The notes under the pieces were generated by a model. That model saw only the letters and a list, made by a program, of their open reading frames with translations. It had not been told where the DNA came from and ran no database searches. Shown here piece by piece: positions 57,589-63,787 of a stretch of DNA of 63,787 nucleotides (position 1 is the first letter of the stretch; each line of letters opens with the position of its first letter). This DNA comes from Longimicrobiales bacterium (GTDB lineage Bacteria; Gemmatimonadota; Gemmatimonadetes; Longimicrobiales; RSA9), in NCBI GenBank assembly GCA_041568755.1, contig JBFFZF010000002.1:1-63787 (forward strand), in the 5' to 3' direction. Position numbers and translations under genes: made by a program.

Positions 57589-58293
57589 ATGAGCGATTCC
57601 GCGGACCGCTACTACACGACCCTCGCGGCCGACTACGCGACGACGATCCGGCAGCTGGTGCCGGACTACGACGCGCAGCTCGACGCGATCGCGGCGCTGG
57701 TCGACCTGCGTGCGACCCGGATCGCGCCGCAGCCGTGCACGGTGCTGGATCTGGGCGCGGGGACGGGCGAGGCCGCGGCGCTGCTGCTGAGGGGCCGCGG
57801 CGATCTGCATGTGACCGCGGTCGAGCCGGGCGGCGCAATGCTCGAGGTGCTGCGTCACCGGCTGCAGCCGTGGGCGGACCGGACGCGCATCGTCGCGACG
57901 GATGCGCTGGGCTTTCCCGCCGTGCAGCGGTACCATGCGGTCGTGTCCAACCTCGTGATGCACAACCTGGGCAACCGCAACAAGCGGAAGATGCTGCGCA
58001 GGATCCTGGCCCTGCTCGAGCCGGGCGGCGTCTTCGTGTGGGGCGACATGATCCGGCGCGCGGATCAGGCCGTGCAGCGGGCCGTGATCGAGCAGCGCAC
58101 GGCGCACGCGCGCGCGGCCGGCTGCGCGGAGTCGCTCATCACCGAGAATTTCCGCAAGGAAGCCGAGGACGACTCGCCATGGACCGTGCTGGAAACGTTG
58201 ATCGGTGCGCGCCGGATCGGGTTCCGGCGCGTGGACTGCACGTGGAGCGCGGGCGCCTTCGCCGTGTTCGCGCTGTGGCGGGGCGGCCGATGA
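57589..58293 (+). CDS. Class I SAM-dependent methyltransferase
   Basis: Motif I VLDLGAGTGEAA and post-I/II LEPGGVFVWGD. Start at MSDSADRYY (57589). Confidence 0.8.
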   Translation: MSDSADRYYTTLAADYATTIRQLVPDYDAQLDAIAALVDLRATRIAPQPCTVLDLGAGTGEAAALLLRGRGDLHVTAVEPGGAMLEVLRHRLQPWADRTRIVATDALGFPAVQRYHAVVSNLVMHNLGNRNKRKMLRRILALLEPGGVFVWGDMIRRADQAVQRAVIEQRTAHARAAGCAESLITENFRKEAEDDSPWTVLETLIGARRIGFRRVDCTWSAGAFAVFALWRGGR

Positions 58294-59396
58294 GGCCGTG
58301 GATCGGGCGGCGGTCACGTGCCGCGCTGGCAGGACTCGGCCTGCTGGTCGGACCGCTCGCGCTGCAGGCGCAGGCGCCGCCGGACTCGACGGTGCTCCGC
58401 ATCGTGCGCGAGCGCATCGACGCCGGGCGCGGGTTCGGCATGGTTGTCGGCCTCATCGATGCGGACGGCATGGAGCGGGTGATCGCTTTCCAGCAGCAGG
58501 ACACGAGCGAGCCCGTGCCGGACGCGGGGTCGCTGTTCGAGATCGGTTCGATCACGAAGGTCTTCACGACCATCGCGCTGGCGGAGATGGCGGACCGTGG
58601 CGAACTGCGGCTGGAGGACCCGCTCCAATCGTTCCTTCCAGAAGGCGTGCGCGCGCCGGTGCACGAAGGCCGGGCGATCACACTGCTCGATATCGCCACG
58701 CAGTCGAGCGGGCTGCCCCGCCTGCCGGACAACCTGCGCATCTCGAACATGGCGGATCCGTACGCCGACTACACGGTCGAGCAGATGCTCGCGTTCCTGA
58801 GCGGTCACACGCTGCGGCGCGCGCCCGGGGCGCAGTACGAGTACTCGAACTACGCGATGGGCCTGCTCGGTCATGTTCTGGCGGAGCGTGCCGCGATGAG
58901 TTACGAGGCGCTGCTCCGCGATCGCATCCTCACGCCACTGGGCATGCACAGCACGGCGATCGCGCTGACGCCGGCCCTCGAACGGACGTTCGTGCCGGGA
59001 CACAACGCGCTGGATGCCGTCGTGCCCGCGTGGAACATCCCGACGCTGGCAGGTGCGGGTGCACTGCGTTCGACCGTGGCCGACATGATGCGCTTCCTCG
59101 AGGCCAACCTGCGGCCGGATCGCACGACGCCGCTCGGGCGCGCCATCGCCCGTTCGCACGAAGGCCGGTTCCCGACCGGCTCGCCAACGATGCACGTCGC
59201 GCTGGGCTGGCACGTGCTGCGCCTCAGCGGTCGAGACATCATCTGGCACAACGGCGGCACGGGCGGCTACCGCAGCTTTCTGGGCTTCGATCCCATCGCC
59301 GGCCACGGCGTCGTCATCCTGTCCAATGCCAACGTCAGCGTCGACGACCTGGGCTTCCACTTCATCGACCGATCGTTCCCGCTCTCCGAGCGCTGA
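58290..59396 (+). CDS. Serine hydrolase of the beta-lactamase (class C / esterase) family, secreted
   Basis: Its ATG overlaps the upstream stop. Signal peptide. SxxK motif FEIGSITKVF, YSN motif EYSNYA, and a late HNGGTGG. Confidence 0.85.
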   Translation: MRPWIGRRSRAALAGLGLLVGPLALQAQAPPDSTVLRIVRERIDAGRGFGMVVGLIDADGMERVIAFQQQDTSEPVPDAGSLFEIGSITKVFTTIALAEMADRGELRLEDPLQSFLPEGVRAPVHEGRAITLLDIATQSSGLPRLPDNLRISNMADPYADYTVEQMLAFLSGHTLRRAPGAQYEYSNYAMGLLGHVLAERAAMSYEALLRDRILTPLGMHSTAIALTPALERTFVPGHNALDAVVPAWNIPTLAGAGALRSTVADMMRFLEANLRPDRTTPLGRAIARSHEGRFPTGSPTMHVALGWHVLRLSGRDIIWHNGGTGGYRSFLGFDPIAGHGVVILSNANVSVDDLGFHFIDRSFPLSER

Positions 59397-59650
59397 ACCG
59401 CGTCACGATCGTCATCGATCCGTGACAGCGGCGGCGGCACGAGACCGGCCGCTCCGTCCCGTCTGCGTGTCTCGATTCGCAACACCGTGCCCTGAATGAC
59501 GACACGCGCGTGCGCGCGCACCGCGTGCGGCGCCCGTACGCGGGCGGCATTCCGCTTGCCATTCCCAGTGGGGTAGCGGCGGGCAGCGGATGCGCGGCGC
59601 GAACCTGCACGGAGTCCGCGGGTGGCGGGCGGAAAGCGAAGACGAGGGCG

Positions 59651-61384
59651 ATGTCGGAGTGGTTTTCTGGCTGGATGTCGAGGCGGCCGGCGCTGCCGGT
59701 GCTGTTCCTTCTGCTCATGGCGTGTGGTGGCGGTGGCGCGGTCGATTCGCGGCGGACGGTCACGGAGGCGACCGGTCCGGCGTTCGTCCGGCTGGAATTG
59801 CAGCCGATCTCGGTCGTCGTCGGGGTCGGTGGCACGGCGCAACTCACGGCGGTCCCGGTCGACGCTGCGGGCAGGGCGCTGACGGGATTGCCGGCGGCGA
59901 CGTATCGAAGTGACGCGTCGGGCACGGCCACCGTGGATGCGGCCGGGCTCGTGCGGGGTGTCACACCGGGCGAGGCGGTGGTGACGGCATCGCTGACGGC
60001 GGACGGTGTGACGCGCACGGCGAGCGCGGCGGTGACGGTGACCGCGGAGGCGCCGGCGCCGCGGACGGTGCGGACGCCGGGCGTGGCGTTCGATCCGGCC
60101 TCGCTGACCATCGCTGCCGGTGACACGGTCACGTGGCAGTTCTCCGGTGCGATTCACAACGTGACATTCACCGGCGCGGCCCCGCCGGGCGGCAGCATCG
60201 GTGATCAGGCGGTCGGGACCGACGTGAAGCGCGTGTTCCCATCGGCGGGCACGTTCGCGTACGAGTGCACGCGGCATGCGGGGATGACGGGCGAAGTCAT
60301 CGTGCAATCGGGGACGCCGGTGTTCACGTCCGTTGCGATCACTCCGGACAGCCCGTCGATCCTGGAGGGCGATACGATCCGGCTGATCGCGACGGCCCGG
60401 GATCAGCACGGCTCCGTCATGGCCGGGCTCGGGCCGGCCGTTTTCACGACGAGCGATGCGAGCGTGGCGAGTGTCAATGGAGGCGGCGTTGTGACCGGAG
60501 TCGTGGAGGGTACGGCCACGATCCGCGCGAGTGTTACGCAGGCGGGTGTGACGCACACGGCGGCGGCGACGGTCACGGTCGCGGCACGCGCGGCGAACAC
60601 CACCACGGTGACGACGCCGAACCTGCGCTTCTCGCCGCAGAGTGTGACGGTCCCGGTGGGCGGCACGGTGACGTGGCAGTTCTCGGAGTCGGTGCACAAC
60701 GTGAAGTTCAACGGCGCCGCGCCGGCGGGCGGCGACGTTCCGGACCAGAATCCGGGGACGAGCGCTTCGCGCACGTTCGCAACGGCGGGCACGTACACCT
60801 ATGCGTGCACGCGACACAACGGGATGGTGGGCGAGGTCGTTGTCCAGGCGGACGGCGGGCCGGCCCGGTTCAGCGGCGTGACCGTGTCGCCGGTGCAATG
60901 GGCCATGCGCGAGGGCGCGACGAAACCCATTCAGGCCACGCCGGTCGACCAGAGCGGCCTGCCGATGAGCGGGCTGCCGCAGGCGGTCTACACGTCGAGC
61001 GATCCTGCCATCGTGCGTGTCGGTGCGGGGGGCGTGCTGCACGCGGCCGGTCGGGGCACGGCCACGATCACGGCGACCGTGACATCGAACGGCGTGACCC
61101 ACACGGCGTCGACCGGAGTCACGGTCGTGCCGGCGACAGCGGTGATCGTGACCATCGGGACAGGCGGCTACGCCCCGGATCGCGTGGAGATCCCGCCGGG
61201 CGGGTTCGTGATCTGGGAGGTTTCCGGCTCGGCACACAACATGACGTTCGACGTGGCACCGGCGGGTGGTGACATTCCGCAGACCGATCCCGGCAACGCG
61301 GTTGCGCGTGTGTTCGCGACCGCCGGGGACTACGATTACGAGTGCACGCTGCACGGCGAGAAGGGGAGGGTACGGGTACGATGA
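59651..61384 (+). CDS. Lipoprotein with three alternating Big_2 (Ig-like) and cupredoxin domains
   Basis: Lipobox LLMAC. Cupredoxin ligand contexts are IHNVTF...YECTRHAGMTG, VHNVKF...YACTRHNGMVG and AHNMTF...YECTLHGEKG. Big_2-like segments lie between them. Confidence 0.8.
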   Translation: MSEWFSGWMSRRPALPVLFLLLMACGGGGAVDSRRTVTEATGPAFVRLELQPISVVVGVGGTAQLTAVPVDAAGRALTGLPAATYRSDASGTATVDAAGLVRGVTPGEAVVTASLTADGVTRTASAAVTVTAEAPAPRTVRTPGVAFDPASLTIAAGDTVTWQFSGAIHNVTFTGAAPPGGSIGDQAVGTDVKRVFPSAGTFAYECTRHAGMTGEVIVQSGTPVFTSVAITPDSPSILEGDTIRLIATARDQHGSVMAGLGPAVFTTSDASVASVNGGGVVTGVVEGTATIRASVTQAGVTHTAAATVTVAARAANTTTVTTPNLRFSPQSVTVPVGGTVTWQFSESVHNVKFNGAAPAGGDVPDQNPGTSASRTFATAGTYTYACTRHNGMVGEVVVQADGGPARFSGVTVSPVQWAMREGATKPIQATPVDQSGLPMSGLPQAVYTSSDPAIVRVGAGGVLHAAGRGTATITATVTSNGVTHTASTGVTVVPATAVIVTIGTGGYAPDRVEIPPGGFVIWEVSGSAHNMTFDVAPAGGDIPQTDPGNAVARVFATAGDYDYECTLHGEKGRVRVR

Positions 61385-62493
61385 TCGCACTGCGTCCGAG
61401 GATCGCATGCGCTGCAGTCGTTCTGTGCACGGTGCCCAGTTCTCACGTGGCCGCGCAGTCGCTGCTCGATCGGCCGCCCAACGTGTCGGACGGGTGGGTG
61501 GCGAATGCGGGTACGATCCAGTTCAACTTCCTGCACCGGTTCGTGGTCAGTGACGCGCCGGTGCGCAAGGTCACGAACTTCCCGACGTTCACCGTGGGCG
61601 TCGGTCTGCCGGAGCGGCTGATGGTCGGGTTCAACTACGCGACGAACTCGACGCTGGCGCCGCGCTTCCCGAACGAGTGGGAGTTCTTCGGCCGCTACGC
61701 GCTGTTCCGCGCGGACCGGGGCGCTCCGCTCGATGTGACGGGTCAGGTGGGCTACAACCTGTCGGCGGAGGGCGTGGATGGCGAGGTCACGCTGGCCCGT
61801 CGAGTGGGGCCGCTGCGTCTGGTCGGTGCTGTGCGTGCGCTGTCCAACCCGTACGAGGCGGGCGATGTCGATTTCGGCGCGGGCGGAGGGGCGACGGTGC
61901 GGCTCAGCCGCTACGTCGCACTGGCCGGGGACGCGGCGAAGTTGCCGGGCAGAGACAGCGCCGGCGTGAAGAAACTGGCGTGGAGCGCCGGGCTGCACCT
62001 GGCGATCCCGAACACGCCGCACACGCTGTCGTTCCAGGCAACGAACACGAACACGACCACACTGCAGGGACTGTCGCGTGGCGATGACGACGTGCGCTGG
62101 GGCTTCGAGTTCACGGTACCGATCACGCTGGCCCGGTACTTCGGGCGGCGGTCGCCTCCTGTTGCAGCCGCACCGCCGGACGCCGCCGCGGCTGCGCCGG
62201 GCGCCGTGCCCGCCGCCGGCGGTGAGCGGTCCGGTCCGGTCCGGTCGACGGTGATCCGGCAGATGGCGTTCCCGCAGAACCGGCTCGAGGTCGAGCCGGG
62301 CGCGACGATCACGTGGAAGAACGAGGACGTGCTGGCCCACACGGTCACGGCCGTCGACGGCGCGTTCGATTCCGGGATGATCCAGCCGGGCGACAGCTGG
62401 AGCTACACGTTCACGACGCCGGGTACCTACGCGTTCCTGTGCACGCCGCACCCGTTCATGACGGGCGTCGTGGTCGTGCGCGATCGCTCATGA
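61381..62493 (+). CDS. Secreted protein: N-terminal beta-barrel-like region fused to a C-terminal cupredoxin domain
   Basis: Its ATG overlaps the previous stop (ATGA). Signal peptide ...HVAAQS. C-terminus: ITWKNEDVLAHTVT...YAFLCTPHPFMTGVVVV (H, C, H, M ligand set). Confidence 0.7.
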   Translation: MIALRPRIACAAVVLCTVPSSHVAAQSLLDRPPNVSDGWVANAGTIQFNFLHRFVVSDAPVRKVTNFPTFTVGVGLPERLMVGFNYATNSTLAPRFPNEWEFFGRYALFRADRGAPLDVTGQVGYNLSAEGVDGEVTLARRVGPLRLVGAVRALSNPYEAGDVDFGAGGGATVRLSRYVALAGDAAKLPGRDSAGVKKLAWSAGLHLAIPNTPHTLSFQATNTNTTTLQGLSRGDDDVRWGFEFTVPITLARYFGRRSPPVAAAPPDAAAAAPGAVPAAGGERSGPVRSTVIRQMAFPQNRLEVEPGATITWKNEDVLAHTVTAVDGAFDSGMIQPGDSWSYTFTTPGTYAFLCTPHPFMTGVVVVRDRS

Positions 62494-63579
62494 TCCGGTG
62501 GGGAAGAGCATGGCGTGGATGGCCTGACCGATGGCGAAGGCGGCGACACGATGACCGGCGCCGTTCCAGTGCGAGTCATCCGGGAACCAGGGCGGTGCGC
62601 TCGCGTCGAGCGCTTCCTGGAACGCAGGCGTGAGATCGATGAAGCCGATGTCCGGCGAGATCGCATGCACCATGTGCTCGATCCTGGCCGGCAGATCGTT
62701 CGTGGTCCACGTCGCGGTGACGGGACCTGATTCGACGAGCCGGTCGCGGTAGACGCGGTACTTGACGGGAACGTAGGCGACGAGCAGGCCGACGTGGCGC
62801 GGCTCGGCGAGCGCCCACGCATCGGCCAGCATGTCGCGCAGCCGCTCGAGCATCTGCTCTTCGAACGGGCGCAGCCCGGGCGTCGTGTACAGGAAGTACG
62901 TGCGCTCGTCGCCGGTGCCCGCGCGCACGACGCCGGAGCGGTCCGTCGCCGTCGGCCTGCTGCCCACCGAAGTCGTGAGGCGCACGAGCGCGTTGCGGGC
63001 GAAGGAGCGGTCCCGCCACGGCACGCGGCCGTGCTCACGCCGGCGATCCGCGTGCAGTGAGTCGAACGTCGGGATGTCCAGCAGGTCATCGCCTTCGAAG
63101 AACAGCCAGACGATCGTGTGCGGCGCGAGCGGAATCGCGTAGTCGCGCACCAGGACGAGCTGCTGCTGCGGCCCGTAGCCGGTGCTGCCCAGGCTCACGA
63201 CGGTCTCGCCGCGCGCCGCACCCAGGCGGGTGGCGACGTGGTCCTCGACGGCGACCAGCCCGGCCTCGACGAACGCATCGCCCACCAGCACGACGTCCGC
63301 CTGGACGTGGTCGACCGGGTTGCGGAACCCGTTCGCGTCGAAACGCATCTCGAAGTCGTAGGGCTGCGCCCCCGGGACGCGAAACCGCCGGGCGATGTCG
63401 CCGTAGGACGAGCCCGTCACCGTCTCGTGCGCCGGCCGCCGGAAGAGCAGGTCGGCGTCGAAGCGGTACGCCGGGTCCTGCCACGGCGCGCCGATGGGGT
63501 TGCGAAAGACCAGCCGGTAATCGGCCAGCCCGAAGAGCGCGGCGATCTCGAGCGCGGCGGTGACGAGCGCGATCGCCAT
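62488..63579 (-). CDS. AlgX/AlgJ-like SGNH-fold protein (putative polysaccharide O-acetyltransferase/esterase), N-terminally membrane anchored
   Basis: TM anchor MAIALVTAALEIAALFGL, VLVGDAFVE (block I-like), and the DDSHWN motif near the C-terminus. The start could lie upstream, up to 63744. Confidence 0.6.
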   Translation of the reverse strand: MAIALVTAALEIAALFGLADYRLVFRNPIGAPWQDPAYRFDADLLFRRPAHETVTGSSYGDIARRFRVPGAQPYDFEMRFDANGFRNPVDHVQADVVLVGDAFVEAGLVAVEDHVATRLGAARGETVVSLGSTGYGPQQQLVLVRDYAIPLAPHTIVWLFFEGDDLLDIPTFDSLHADRRREHGRVPWRDRSFARNALVRLTTSVGSRPTATDRSGVVRAGTGDERTYFLYTTPGLRPFEEQMLERLRDMLADAWALAEPRHVGLLVAYVPVKYRVYRDRLVESGPVTATWTTNDLPARIEHMVHAISPDIGFIDLTPAFQEALDASAPPWFPDDSHWNGAGHRVAAFAIGQAIHAMLFPTGS

Positions 63580-63787
63580 CGCGAAGCGAAAGCGGCGCCC
63601 GCGGCGCGGCAGCGTTGCGCTCACGGAGCGACGGGGGCCCGAAGCGGCACTGGCAGTGTGCGCATGGCCTACGGTTCGGGTCGCGGGGTCGTGAGCCGGA
63701 CAGCACGAGTCGGCCGCCGGGTCCCGTTTCGTCGGACCGGGCAAGTTGACCGGCCGGCCGTGACCGTGACAAGTCGGATGACGCGAC

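Noticed and set aside
1-63787. tRNA, rRNA, prophage, integrase, transposase or toxin-antitoxin modules
   Set aside because: Intergenic gaps were read on both strands. No cloverleaf-like or rRNA-like sequence and no recombinase, transposase or small paired TA-like ORFs were recognised. A tRNAscan/Infernal run would be needed to exclude small RNAs formally.

Overview
High-GC (roughly 70% by eye) bacterial chromosomal segment. About 50 protein genes are supported. I recognised no rRNA, tRNA, CRISPR array, transposase or integrase. Gene content (sortilin/BNR protein, form II cox cluster, DinB, PepSY, many lipoproteins, cupredoxins) suggests a Gemmatimonadota- or Acidobacteria-like soil bacterium; this is inference only. 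Most of the window is housekeeping or envelope metabolism: an ECF sigma operon flanked by two mechanosensitive channels, coxSLM-DE, an S41 peptidase/DAACS symporter/aminotransferase operon, maeB, ggt, an APC permease and a multi-cupredoxin locus. Three loci look like candidate conflict or defence systems. (1) 39139-45762 is a minus-strand cassette of a 1137-aa Eco57I/PglX-type N6-adenine methyltransferase, a lysine-free 198-aa protein and an 862-aa SNF2 helicase. It has no recognisable nuclease, DrmA/B, PglZ or BrxC, so it fits no described family that I can name. (2) 391-4005 encodes a 1204-aa cytoplasmic fusion of an orthocaspase, a probable DUF4384-like module and a C-terminal alpha/beta-hydrolase. 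(3) 33678-37367 encodes a P-loop STAND/TPR NTPase followed 9 nt later by a truncated paralogue that has lost its Walker A motif. Non-coding oddities are a perfect 102-bp tandem duplication at the left edge, a 30-bp inverted-repeat element, a G-run-rich 38-bp tandem repeat and a 22-bp perfect palindrome upstream of the ECF sigma gene. The many very long Arg/Gly/Asp/His-rich ORFs in the track are antisense shadow ORFs typical of high-GC DNA and were rejected.
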